Of a stretch of 43,705 bases of DNA, positions 26,623 through 36,264 are shown one piece after another. A model generated the notes under the pieces. It saw nothing but the letters and a program-made list of their open reading frames with translations, searched no databases and was not told the origin of the DNA. Position 1 is the stretch's first letter, and every line of letters starts with the position of its first letter. The position numbers and the translations under genes were made by a program. The stretch comes from Vectrevirus T147P1, in the sequence record OZ035788.1. The stretch is one strand, 5' to 3'.

Positions 26623-27570
26623 ATGAATATCTTTGAGTTCCTAGGTCTTCCAGAAGACCACCGCAATCACCCATTCATGTTGGTGAAGCATCGCGGTGAA
26701 GTTCCTGAGAAGAAATTAACTTTTCCATGTTATGCACAAGTGAAACGAGATGGAATATTCAGTGCTGTTGTGGTGCGCAATGATGGTGCTGTTGCCATCT
26801 TCGGTCGTACTGGTAAGAAGCTCGCAAATGTTGAATCCTTGGAAAAGACATTTAGTGTATTTCCTGTCGGGTTGTATCTTGGTGAGTTGCAATCTATGGC
26901 TGTTGATGTTTATCTTGAAGCCCTGTCAGGAGTGGTAAACCCTAATCGTACAGAGCCACTTGACTTCATAGGCCAGCAGATTAAAGACAACCTGTATATC
27001 GACTTCTTCGATATGTTAACTATTAAGGCATTCCATGATGGATTCACTGATGTTTCTTATCTCAAACGTTACGATGCTTTACATCGTCGCATCGGCGCTC
27101 ATCTTAGCGGGTACAACGCTATCCTTCCTATTACTCCTTGCCATAATGAGCGAGAAGTTGAAGCGTTTGCGCAAGAGCAGATAGACGCAGGCCGAGAAGG
27201 TGCTGTGTTTAAACTGGACTGTGATTATGAAGCAGGACATAAAGGTTATCGTCAGACTAAAGAAATCCGTAAGGTAACTTATGACCTTACTTGTATTGGC
27301 TTTGAAGAAGGTAAAGGCAAATACAAAGGTAAGGTAGCTAACCTCATTTTCAAATGGAAAGGAGGCAAGACAATCAAAGCTATGTTAGGTAAGGGGTGGA
27401 CTCATGCAGATGCAGAACAGATGTTCCACGACATTAAACATGGTGGACGATTGAATGTCATTGGTAAAATCTTTGAAGTCAAAGGTCTTCAGGATTCAAG
27501 CAAGGGCAACATTCGTCTGCCCAAAGCGGGAGAATTAAGACATGACAAAGATGAACCAGATTTCTTTTGA
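26623..27570 (+). CDS. ATP-dependent DNA ligase
   Basis: 315 aa; nucleotidyltransferase motifs KRDG (motif I, lysine adenylation site), LGELQ, EGAVFK, and a KxK motif. Confidence 0.82.
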   Translation: MNIFEFLGLPEDHRNHPFMLVKHRGEVPEKKLTFPCYAQVKRDGIFSAVVVRNDGAVAIFGRTGKKLANVESLEKTFSVFPVGLYLGELQSMAVDVYLEALSGVVNPNRTEPLDFIGQQIKDNLYIDFFDMLTIKAFHDGFTDVSYLKRYDALHRRIGAHLSGYNAILPITPCHNEREVEAFAQEQIDAGREGAVFKLDCDYEAGHKGYRQTKEIRKVTYDLTCIGFEEGKGKYKGKVANLIFKWKGGKTIKAMLGKGWTHADAEQMFHDIKHGGRLNVIGKIFEVKGLQDSSKGNIRLPKAGELRHDKDEPDFF

Positions 27571-27757
27571 TAGCATGAAGGCAACTCGTGCAGTTGAGGT
27601 AGCAGAAGCTATCTTTGAAACTTTATCCTGTGGCATGGAAGTGCCATATACTTTACTTGCTGATGCAGAAGAACTTGGTCTTTCTGTAGAAGCTATCCAA
27701 GAGAAGGTTGACGAATTATATGGTACAGACGAAGAAGAAACCGACGATTTCATTTGA
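27542..27757 (+). CDS. small acidic hypothetical protein
   Basis: 71 aa; GGGAG RBS; C-terminus TDEEETDDFI. Confidence 0.5.
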   Translation: MTKMNQISFDSMKATRAVEVAEAIFETLSCGMEVPYTLLADAEELGLSVEAIQEKVDELYGTDEEETDDFI

Positions 27758-27886
27758 AGGAATGGAGATGCTTGAGATGATTCTCAAGCCTTCTTCTCCG
27801 AAGGTGACTAAGACTCATGAAGAGTTAATCGTTGATGAAGTGAAGCGTTACATCATGGATTGTGTCAGAGCACAACTGGTGGTTCA

Positions 27887-28348
27887 ATGATACGTCCAGC
27901 TTCCTTCCTAGATATCCCTGAGATTATAAACCTTGGGAATAAATATGTGGAAGAGGAAGTCAAGGTAGTGGCCCATCACTCAGCCTCATGGAATGCAGAA
28001 CAAAGTGCACATAACCTTTGTGCATCTCTTAGTAGAGAAGATTTATTCCTATGGGTGGCTGTAGATGAAGGGAAGATTGTAGGGTTCCTGTGGGCTGGCT
28101 ATCACGAGTTAGCCCCTTGGACACCTGTAAGGGTTGCCTCTGACATTCTCTTTTACATTATACCAGAGAAGCGAGGGACACTACTAGGTATGCGTCTTAT
28201 CAAGGCTCTTAAACAATGGGCTAATGAAAATGAATGCTCTGAGGTTCGCCTGTCTATCGCCTCTGGTATTAATGAAGAACGTGTCGGACGTATGTATAAG
28301 CGACTTGGCTTTGAACCGTTTGGCACTGTGTACAACCTGAAGTTCTAA
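27887..28348 (+). CDS. GNAT-family N-acetyltransferase
   Basis: 153 aa; acetyl-CoA-binding-like core RGTLLGMRLIKALKQWA and C-terminal RLGFEPFG (ORF opens at 27860). Confidence 0.65.
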   Translation: MIRPASFLDIPEIINLGNKYVEEEVKVVAHHSASWNAEQSAHNLCASLSREDLFLWVAVDEGKIVGFLWAGYHELAPWTPVRVASDILFYIIPEKRGTLLGMRLIKALKQWANENECSEVRLSIASGINEERVGRMYKRLGFEPFGTVYNLKF

Positions 28349-28357
28349 GGAGATAAC

Positions 28358-28567
28358 ATGGGTGTTGTAAAGAAAGCATTTAAGGCTATCGGTCTTGCTC
28401 AAGATGCACCACGTATTGAAGCCAAAGTCCCAGCACAGCAGCTTGAGCGTAAGCCTGAGACTGAAGCTGAAGATATTCAAATTGGTGCAGGTGGTGATGA
28501 TGCGACTGCATCTGCAAAAGGTAAGCGCGGCCTTGTCCGTCCGGTAGCTTCTAGCTTGAAGGTGTAA
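28358..28567 (+). CDS. small virion-associated protein (gp6.7-like by position and composition)
   Basis: 69 aa; AAGGAG RBS; immediately upstream of the portal gene. Confidence 0.5.
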   Translation: MGVVKKAFKAIGLAQDAPRIEAKVPAQQLERKPETEAEDIQIGAGGDDATASAKGKRGLVRPVASSLKV

Positions 28568-28568
28568 T

Positions 28569-30119
28569 ATGAAACAGAGCACAGATTTGGAGTATGGAGG
28601 TAAGCGGTCTAAGATACCTAAGCTATGGGAGAAGTTCTCCACTAAACGTAGCTCTTTCCTTGATAGGGCGAAGCATTACTCCAAATTAACCTTGCCCTAT
28701 CTGATGAATGACAAAGGTGATAACGAGACTTCGCAGAATGGATGGCAAGGTGTAGGTGCTCAGGCAACTAATCATCTAGCCAACAAGCTAGCGCAAGTAC
28801 TATTTCCTGCACAGCGTTCCTTCTTCCGTGTAGACTTAACTGCACAAGGTGAGAAGGTTCTTAATCAGCGTGGCCTGAAGAAGACAGAGCTAGCTACCAT
28901 CTTCGCTCAAGTGGAAACACGGGCAATGAAAGAGTTAGAGCAACGTCAATTCCGGCCTGCTGTAGTGGAAGCATTCAAGCATCTTATTGTTGCTGGTAGC
29001 TGTATGCTATACAAGCCGAGCAAAGGTGCAATCAGTGCTATCCCAATGCATCACTATGTAGTTAACCGTGATACCAATGGCGACCTGTTAGACATTATCT
29101 TACTGCAAGAGAAAGCCTTACGCACCTTTGACCCAGCTACACGTGCTGTAGTAGAGGTTGGCCTGAGAGGTAAGAAGTGCAAGGAGGATGACAGCGTTAA
29201 GCTGTACACACATGCTAAGTATCTTGGTGATGGATTTTGGGAACTCAAGCAATCTGCTGATGATATCCCTGTGGGTAAGGTGAGTAAAATCAAATCAGAA
29301 AAGCTACCTTTCATCCCATTAACTTGGAAGCGAAGCTATGGTGAGGATTGGGGTCGCCCTCTTGCAGAGGATTACTCCGGTGATTTATTCGTTATCCAAT
29401 TCTTATCTGAAGCGGTTGCCCGTGGTGCTGCGCTGATGGCAGATATCAAGTACCTGATTCGTCCGGGTGCTCAAACTGATGTTGACCACTTTGTTAACTC
29501 TGGCACTGGTGAGGTTGTCACTGGTGTAGAAGAAGACATCCATATTGTACAGTTAGGTAAGTACGCAGACCTAACACCTATTAGCGCGGTTCTAGAGGTA
29601 TACACTCGCCGTATCGGTGTTGTCTTCATGATGGAGACAATGACACGCCGTGACGCCGAACGTGTTACTGCTGTAGAAATCCAGCGAGATGCGTTAGAGA
29701 TTGAGCAGAACATGGGTGGTGTATACTCCCTCTTTGCTACTACTATGCAATCGCCAGTAGCGATGTGGGGTCTGCTGGAGGCAGGGGAGTCCTTCACTAG
29801 TGACTTAGTGGACCCTGTGATTATCACAGGTATTGAAGCTTTAGGACGCATGGCTGAGTTGGATAAACTGGCTAACTTTGCTCAGTATATGTCACTGCCA
29901 TTACAATGGCCTGAGCCTGTCCTAGCTGCTGTGAAATGGCCTGACTATATGGATTGGGTGCGTGGTCAAATCTCTGCTGAACTGCCGTTCCTTAAATCGG
30001 CTGAAGAGATGGCACAAGAACAGGAAGCACAGATGCAAGCACAGCAAGCACAGATGCTTGAAGAAGGTGTGGCTAAGGCCGTGCCGGGTGTAATTCAACA
30101 AGAACTTAAGGAGGCGTAA
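28569..30119 (+). CDS. portal (head-tail connector) protein, T7 gp8-like
   Basis: 516 aa; WQGVGAQATNHLANKLAQVLFP aligns with the T7 gp8 N-terminal region as recalled; followed by scaffold and capsid. Confidence 0.9.
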   Translation: MKQSTDLEYGGKRSKIPKLWEKFSTKRSSFLDRAKHYSKLTLPYLMNDKGDNETSQNGWQGVGAQATNHLANKLAQVLFPAQRSFFRVDLTAQGEKVLNQRGLKKTELATIFAQVETRAMKELEQRQFRPAVVEAFKHLIVAGSCMLYKPSKGAISAIPMHHYVVNRDTNGDLLDIILLQEKALRTFDPATRAVVEVGLRGKKCKEDDSVKLYTHAKYLGDGFWELKQSADDIPVGKVSKIKSEKLPFIPLTWKRSYGEDWGRPLAEDYSGDLFVIQFLSEAVARGAALMADIKYLIRPGAQTDVDHFVNSGTGEVVTGVEEDIHIVQLGKYADLTPISAVLEVYTRRIGVVFMMETMTRRDAERVTAVEIQRDALEIEQNMGGVYSLFATTMQSPVAMWGLLEAGESFTSDLVDPVIITGIEALGRMAELDKLANFAQYMSLPLQWPEPVLAAVKWPDYMDWVRGQISAELPFLKSAEEMAQEQEAQMQAQQAQMLEEGVAKAVPGVIQQELKEA

Positions 30120-31039
30120 TGTCTTTCTCATTTACTGAACCGTCAACCACTCACCCTACTGCTGAAGAAGGTCCGGTAGAAACCAAGGAGGTAACAACTG
30201 ATGCTGCTACTACTGGTGCTCCTGCTGACGCTGGCACTGCTGTACAAGATGACAATGCTGGTGCACAACCCACTGAAGACACCGGAGGAGAAGCTTCTGG
30301 ACAGCCTTCAGAAAAAGGAGACAATGGCGGAGAGAATGGTGAACCTAAGCCAGATGATACCGCGACCGACACTGAGGAAGTGCAATACTTCTTCGGAGAA
30401 CATGAAGTAACAGTAGACATCCCACAGGATGTAACTGACAGCCTTAAAGAGAAAGGCATTGATGCCAAGCAGGTTGCCAAGGAACTCTATTCCAAAGGTG
30501 GCAAGTTTGAATTGTCAGATGCAACCAAGCAGAAATTGTATGATGCTTTTGGCAAGTTTGCGGTAGATGCTTACCTGTCAGGTCTAAAGGCTCAAAATGA
30601 AGCCTTCTTCCTGAAAGAAGCCAACGCAGCTAAAGAGTTGGAAGCAGCTAACACACAACGCTTCTCTGATGTTTCTAAGGAAATTGGTGGCGAAGAAGGT
30701 TGGTCCCGTCTTGAGGAGTGGGCGCTTGAAACGCTATCAGATGACGAACTCACGGCATTCAATGCGGTGATGGAGTCTGGCAACCAATACCTTCAGCAAT
30801 ATGCTGTGCGTGAACTAGAAAGCCGCCGGAAAGCTGCACAGGGTGATGACAAGCCAAACTTGATTGAACCCTCTGCACCTGCTGCTGCGTCTGAAGACAA
30901 CGGCCCACTATCGCGTGAGCAGTACCTGCGTGAGATGATGACCCTTAGCTCTCGTTTCGGTACAGACAAGAAAGCTGCTGCTGAGTATCAGGCTAAACTG
31001 GATGCTCGCCGTCGTGCTGGGATGGCTCGCGGACTCTAA
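30119..31039 (+). CDS. capsid scaffolding protein (gp9-like)
   Basis: 306 aa, acidic and helical; between portal and major capsid; TAATG coupling. Confidence 0.8.
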   Translation: MSFSFTEPSTTHPTAEEGPVETKEVTTDAATTGAPADAGTAVQDDNAGAQPTEDTGGEASGQPSEKGDNGGENGEPKPDDTATDTEEVQYFFGEHEVTVDIPQDVTDSLKEKGIDAKQVAKELYSKGGKFELSDATKQKLYDAFGKFAVDAYLSGLKAQNEAFFLKEANAAKELEAANTQRFSDVSKEIGGEEGWSRLEEWALETLSDDELTAFNAVMESGNQYLQQYAVRELESRRKAAQGDDKPNLIEPSAPAAASEDNGPLSREQYLREMMTLSSRFGTDKKAAAEYQAKLDARRRAGMARGL

Positions 31040-31044
31040 TCAGT

Positions 31045-31067
31045 ATTTACTGGACACTATAGAAGGG
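31045..31067 (+). promoter_or_regulatory. phage RNAP promoter for the capsid gene
   Basis: ATTTACTGGACACTATAGAAGGG. Confidence 0.8.
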
Positions 31068-31115
31068 AGAAATGTCTCCCTAAAATATCACTTTGATTTA
31101 TAAGGAGGTTTATTA

Positions 31116-32324
31116 ATGTCTACACCGAATACTCTGACCAACGTTGCAGTCTCCTCTTCCGGTGAGGTAGACAGCCTGCTCATTGAGAAATTCAATGGTA
31201 AGGTGAATGAGCAGTACCTGAAAGGTGAGAACATCATGTCCTACTTCGATGTTCAGACTGTTACTGGTACTAACACGGTAAGCAACAAATACTTGGGTGA
31301 AACAGAGTTGCAGGTTCTGGCACCGGGTCAGTCTCCTGCTGCAACCTCTACTCAGGCCGATAAAAACCAGCTGGTAATTGATGCCACTGTTATCGCTCGT
31401 AACACCGTTGCACACCTGCATGATGTACAGGGTGATATTGACAGCCTGAAACCGAAGCTGGCTACCAACCAAGCTAAGCAGCTTAAGAAGATGGAAGATG
31501 AAATGCTGATTCAGCAGATGCTGCTGGGCGGTATTGCTAACACTCAGGCTAAGCGTACTAATCCGCGTGTTAAAGGCCATGGCTTCTCTGTCAACGTAGA
31601 AGTTGCAGAAAGTGAAGCACTGGTCAACCCGCAGTATGTAATGGCGGCTGTAGAATTTGCTCTTGAGCAGCAGCTTGAGCAGGAAGTAGACATCTCTGAT
31701 GTAGCTATCCTGATGCCGTGGCGCTACTTCAACGTACTGCGTGATGCAGACCGTATCGTTGACAAGAGCTACACCATTAGCCAGTCTGGTGCAACCATTC
31801 AGGGTTTTGTTCTGTCTTCTTACAACTGCCCTGTTATCCCGTCTAACCGCTTCCCTAAATTCTCTGCGGGTCAGAAACATCACCTGCTGTCAAATGAAGA
31901 CAACGGTTATCGTTATGACCCGACTGCAGAAATGAATGGCGCTATCGCTGTACTATTCACAGCTGACGCTCTTCTTGTTGGTCGTTCAATTGATGTAACA
32001 GGTGATATCTTCTATGAGAAGAAAGAGAAGACCTATTACATTGACACCTTTATGTCTGAAGGTGCAATCCCTGACCGTTGGGAGGCAGTGTCTGTAGTTA
32101 CCACCAAGCGAGAGACAAAGGGCACGCCTACCTCTACTGCAACTCAGGCTGCACAGCATACTCAGGTTCTGAACCGTGCACAGCGTAAGGCGGTGTATGT
32201 CAAGAGCGCTAACCCGGCAGGTGCTTTCGCTGCTGCTAGCTTGTCTGCTGAAGACTTGGTTGCTGCTGTACGTGCAGTGATGGCTAATGACATTAAGCCG
32301 ACTGCAATGAAACCTACTGAGTAA
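31116..32324 (+). CDS. major capsid protein (gp10-like)
   Basis: 402 aa; AAGGAGG RBS; highly biased codons; consensus promoter upstream and terminator downstream. Confidence 0.9.
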   Translation: MSTPNTLTNVAVSSSGEVDSLLIEKFNGKVNEQYLKGENIMSYFDVQTVTGTNTVSNKYLGETELQVLAPGQSPAATSTQADKNQLVIDATVIARNTVAHLHDVQGDIDSLKPKLATNQAKQLKKMEDEMLIQQMLLGGIANTQAKRTNPRVKGHGFSVNVEVAESEALVNPQYVMAAVEFALEQQLEQEVDISDVAILMPWRYFNVLRDADRIVDKSYTISQSGATIQGFVLSSYNCPVIPSNRFPKFSAGQKHHLLSNEDNGYRYDPTAEMNGAIAVLFTADALLVGRSIDVTGDIFYEKKEKTYYIDTFMSEGAIPDRWEAVSVVTTKRETKGTPTSTATQAAQHTQVLNRAQRKAVYVKSANPAGAFAAASLSAEDLVAAVRAVMANDIKPTAMKPTE

Positions 32325-32332
32325 TACCTATG

Positions 32333-32366
32333 CCCTATCTACCTTGCGTAGGTAGGGTTATTTTTG
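32333..32366 (+). terminator. terminator after the capsid gene (T-phi-like)
   Basis: CCCTATCTA-CCTTGCG-TAGGTAGGG hairpin followed by TTATTTTTG. Confidence 0.6.
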
Positions 32367-32378
32367 TTAGGAGGATTC

Positions 32379-33116
32379 ATGCCTGTAATTAGACAAACCA
32401 GTAAAGTAGGACACATGATGGAAGATGTGGCCTTCCAGATTATTGATAGTAAACTTGAAGCGGTCAACCTGTGTATGCGAGCTATTGGTCGTGAGGGTGC
32501 GGATTCTCTCGACTCAGGGGACTTGGACGCAGAGGATGCAAGCAAGATGATCGACATCGTATCCCAGAGGTTCCAGTACAACAAAGGGGGTGGCTGGTGG
32601 TTCAATCGTGAACCAAACTGGCAACTTGCACCAGACACTAACGGTGAAGTTAATTTACCTAACAACTGCCTAGCAGTATTGCAGTGTTATGCTTTAGGTG
32701 AAAAGAAAGTACCTATGACTATGCGAGCAGGTAAGCTCTACTCTACATGGAGTCATACCTTTGATATGCGTAAGCATGTGAATGCTAATGGTATGATTCG
32801 TCTTACCTTACTTACCTTACTTCCATATGAGCATCTACCTACTAGTGTAATGCAGGCTATTGCCTATCAAGCTGCTGTAGAGTTTATTGTGTCTAAGGAT
32901 GCAGATCGGACTAAGCTAGCCACTGCACAGCAGATTGCCACTCAGCTTCTAATGGATGTGCAATCAGAACAAATGTCACAAAAGCGATTGAATATGCTTG
33001 TACATAATCCTACGCAGCGTCAGTTCGGTATTATGGCAGGTGGTTCTCAGAATGTACCTGCTTACTCTCATTCACCTTATGAGAGTTGGGCGCTCCGTCC
33101 GTGGGAGGATCGTTAA
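32379..33116 (+). CDS. tail tubular protein A (gp11-like)
   Basis: About 245 aa from the ATG after AGGAGG (ORF opens at 32364); position between capsid and tube B. Confidence 0.8.
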   Translation: MPVIRQTSKVGHMMEDVAFQIIDSKLEAVNLCMRAIGREGADSLDSGDLDAEDASKMIDIVSQRFQYNKGGGWWFNREPNWQLAPDTNGEVNLPNNCLAVLQCYALGEKKVPMTMRAGKLYSTWSHTFDMRKHVNANGMIRLTLLTLLPYEHLPTSVMQAIAYQAAVEFIVSKDADRTKLATAQQIATQLLMDVQSEQMSQKRLNMLVHNPTQRQFGIMAGGSQNVPAYSHSPYESWALRPWEDR

Positions 33117-35518
33117 TGGAAGTACAAGGTTCATTAGGTAGACAAATCCAAGGGATTAGCCAGCAGCCGCCAGCGGTACGCTTGGATGGTCAGTGCACAG
33201 CTATGGTTAATATGATACCTGATGTAGTGAATGGTACTCAATCACGCATGGGTACAACTCATATTGCAAAGATACTTGATGCGGGGACTGATGACATGGC
33301 TACTCATCATTATCGCAGAGGTGATGGTGATGAAGAGTATTTCTTCACGTTGAAGAAAGGACAAGTTCCTGAGATATTTGATAAGTATGGGCGCAAATGT
33401 AATGTGACTTCACAAGATGCACCTATGACTTACTTAACTGAAGTAGTCAACCCAAGGGAAGATGTGCAATTTATGACTATTGCAGATGTAACCTTTATGC
33501 TTAATCGAAGAAAGGTAGTTAAAGCTCGTACTGATAAATCACCAAAGGTTGGAAATAAGGCGATTGTCTTCTGCGCCTATGGCCAATATGGGACTACTTA
33601 TAAAATTATAATTGATGGCAATGTAGCAGCTACACGTACCACCCCTGACGGTGGTGAAGCGGGTCAAGTTGTAAATATAAGAACAGAAGACATTACAAAC
33701 CACCTTTATGATAGTTTACAGCAATGGAGTGGTATTAATGCCTACAACATCCAGAAAGATGGAACAAGTATCTTTATTGAAAAGAAAGATGGTAGCTCTT
33801 TTAATATTACTACAGAAGATGGTGCAAAAGGTAAGGACTTAGTAGCCATAAAGAACCGTGTAGCCTCTACCGACCTTCTACCCTCCCGTGCACCTGAAGG
33901 TTACAAAGTGCAAGTATGGCCTACTGGAAGTAAACCGGAGTCACGTTATTGGCTGGAAGCAGAGCCAAAAGAGGGGAATTTAGTATCATGGCAAGAGACA
34001 GTAGCGGCGGATGTTTTACTTGGCTTTGATAAAGGGACCATGCCGTATATTATTGAGCGTACAGGTATCATTGATGGTATTGCTCAATTTAAGATTAGGC
34101 AGGGTGATTGGGAAGACCGCAAGGTGGGGGATGACCTCACTAACCCTATGCCGTCTTTCATTGATGAAGAAGTTCCTCAGACAATTGGCGGGATGTTCAT
34201 GGTGCAGAACCGTTTATGCTTTACAGCAGGTGAAGCTGTCATTGCATCACGCACTTCCTACTTCTTTGATTTCTTTCGTTATACGGTTATCTCTGCATTG
34301 GCAACTGACCCATTTGATATTTTCTCAGATGCTAGTGAAGTCTACCAGCTAAAACATGCAGTGACCTTAGATGGCGCTACCGTGTTGTTCTCTGATAAGT
34401 CACAATTCATACTGCCAGGCGATAAGCCTTTAGAGAAGTCAAATGCACTGCTTAAGCCTGTTACAACATTTGAAGTGAACAATAAAGTGAAGCCAGTAGT
34501 AACTGGTGAATCGGTAATGTTTGCCACTAATGATGGTTCTTACTCTGGTGTACGAGAGTTCTATACAGACTCTTATAGTGACACTAAGAAGGCACAAGCA
34601 ATCACAAGTCATGTGAATAAACTCATCGAAGGTAACATTACCAACATGGCAGCAAGCACCAATGTCAACAGGCTACTTGTCACTACCGATAAGTATCGTA
34701 ACATAATCTACTGCTACGATTGGTTATGGCAAGGAACAGACCGTGTACAATCAGCATGGCATATATGGAAGTGGCCTATAGGTACAAAGGTGCGAGGTAT
34801 GTTTTATTCTGGTGAATTACTTTACCTGCTCCTTGAGAGAGGAGATGGCGTATATCTGGAGAAGATGGACATGGGTGATGCACTAACCTACGGTTTGAAT
34901 GACCGCATCAGAATGGATAGGCAAGCAGAGTTAGTCTTCAAGTATTTTAAAGCAGAAGATGAATGGGTGTCTGAACCTCTTCCTTGGACCCCTACTAACC
35001 CAGAACTTTTGGATTGCATCTTAATAGAAGGATGGGATTCATATATTGGTGGTTCTTTCCTATTCAAATACAACCCCGGTGATAACACCTTGTCTACAAC
35101 CTTTGATATGCATGATGATAGCCACGTAAAAGCGAAGGTTATTGTTGGTCAGATTTACCCTCAAGAGTTTGAACCAACACCTGTAGTTATCAGAGATAGG
35201 CAAGACCGTGTATCCTATATTGATGTACCTGTTGTGGGATTAGTTCACCTTAATCTTGATATGTATCCTGATTTCTCCGTGGAGGTTAAGAATGTGAAGA
35301 GTGGTAAAGTACGCAGGGTGCTAGCGTCAAACCGTATAGGTGGTGCTCTCAACAATACAGTAGGTTATGTTGAACCAAGAGAAGGTGTCTTCAGATTCCC
35401 ACTGAGAGCTAAGAGTACGGATGCTGTTTATCGTATTATTGTAGAATCACCTCACACATTCCAGCTTCGTGATATTGAGTGGGAAGGGAGCTACAATCCA
35501 ACCAAAAGGAGGGTCTAA
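33116..35518 (+). CDS. tail tubular protein B (gp12-like)
   Basis: About 800 aa; TAATG coupling to tube A (ORF opens at 33086); size and position as T7 gp12. Confidence 0.85.
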   Translation: MEVQGSLGRQIQGISQQPPAVRLDGQCTAMVNMIPDVVNGTQSRMGTTHIAKILDAGTDDMATHHYRRGDGDEEYFFTLKKGQVPEIFDKYGRKCNVTSQDAPMTYLTEVVNPREDVQFMTIADVTFMLNRRKVVKARTDKSPKVGNKAIVFCAYGQYGTTYKIIIDGNVAATRTTPDGGEAGQVVNIRTEDITNHLYDSLQQWSGINAYNIQKDGTSIFIEKKDGSSFNITTEDGAKGKDLVAIKNRVASTDLLPSRAPEGYKVQVWPTGSKPESRYWLEAEPKEGNLVSWQETVAADVLLGFDKGTMPYIIERTGIIDGIAQFKIRQGDWEDRKVGDDLTNPMPSFIDEEVPQTIGGMFMVQNRLCFTAGEAVIASRTSYFFDFFRYTVISALATDPFDIFSDASEVYQLKHAVTLDGATVLFSDKSQFILPGDKPLEKSNALLKPVTTFEVNNKVKPVVTGESVMFATNDGSYSGVREFYTDSYSDTKKAQAITSHVNKLIEGNITNMAASTNVNRLLVTTDKYRNIIYCYDWLWQGTDRVQSAWHIWKWPIGTKVRGMFYSGELLYLLLERGDGVYLEKMDMGDALTYGLNDRIRMDRQAELVFKYFKAEDEWVSEPLPWTPTNPELLDCILIEGWDSYIGGSFLFKYNPGDNTLSTTFDMHDDSHVKAKVIVGQIYPQEFEPTPVVIRDRQDRVSYIDVPVVGLVHLNLDMYPDFSVEVKNVKSGKVRRVLASNRIGGALNNTVGYVEPREGVFRFPLRAKSTDAVYRIIVESPHTFQLRDIEWEGSYNPTKRRV

Positions 35519-36264
35519 TGGCTATAGGTTCAGCCGTTATGGCTGGTATGTCTTCTATTGGTAGTATGTTTGCAGGTAGCGGTGCAGCCGCCGCTGCTGG
35601 TGGTACTGCCGCAGCAGCAGGAGGGACAGCCGCCGCAGGTGGCGGAGGTTTGCTTGGCTCCCTTGGTAGTTTCTTAGGAGGTACTTCTGCTGGCTTCTCT
35701 AATGCAGGACTGCTTAGTGCAGGTATGCAAGGTCTTGGTCTTCTAGGCAATCTTTTTGGTGGAAGTGATGAAGCCAAAGCTATGAAGAAAGCTCAGGAGG
35801 AGCAATGGCGGCAGCAGTTAATTGCTACACAAGAAGCATATAAGACAGTGGCAGATGCAGAACGCTCTGCTGCTAAACAGTATCATGCGGATGCAATAAG
35901 CAATCAGGCTTCACTGCTACAGCAAAGAGCGCAGGTTGCACTACTTGCAGGTGCAACTGGCACTGGTGGTAACTCTGTATCTTCTATGCTGAATGACTTA
36001 GCAGCAGAGGGCGGGAGGAACCAGAGTACAATTATTGATAACTATGAGAATCAGAAGATTAACTTCACCAATCAGCTTAAGTCTATCCAGCGAGGTGGAC
36101 AGATGCAGATGCGTGAGTTTAAGAAGCCTTCTGCCGTGAGCACCTTGGTGCAAGGTATACCGAGTCTGGCATCTGCCTATGTAACAGGTAGTAAGTCCGG
36201 CATGGCTTTAGGTAAAGCTTTAACTGATTCTCGTACATATTCATCTGGAACAAGAGGTATTTAA
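35518..36264 (+). CDS. internal virion protein, Gly/Ala-rich (gp13/14-like)
   Basis: About 248 aa; TAATG coupling (ORF opens at 35479); low-complexity G/A-rich N-terminus. Confidence 0.7.
   Translation: MAIGSAVMAGMSSIGSMFAGSGAAAAAGGTAAAAGGTAAAGGGGLLGSLGSFLGGTSAGFSNAGLLSAGMQGLGLLGNLFGGSDEAKAMKKAQEEQWRQQLIATQEAYKTVADAERSAAKQYHADAISNQASLLQQRAQVALLAGATGTGGNSVSSMLNDLAAEGGRNQSTIIDNYENQKINFTNQLKSIQRGGQMQMREFKKPSAVSTLVQGIPSLASAYVTGSKSGMALGKALTDSRTYSSGTRGI

Noticed and set aside
27708-27890. 60-aa ORF overlapping the ends of two neighbouring genes
   Set aside because: Start ambiguous and heavily overlapped on both sides; only an internal ATG has an RBS; insufficient support.
31113-31883. 256-aa minus-strand ORF
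   Set aside because: Antisense to the major capsid gene; no RBS or promoter context; typical shadow ORF.
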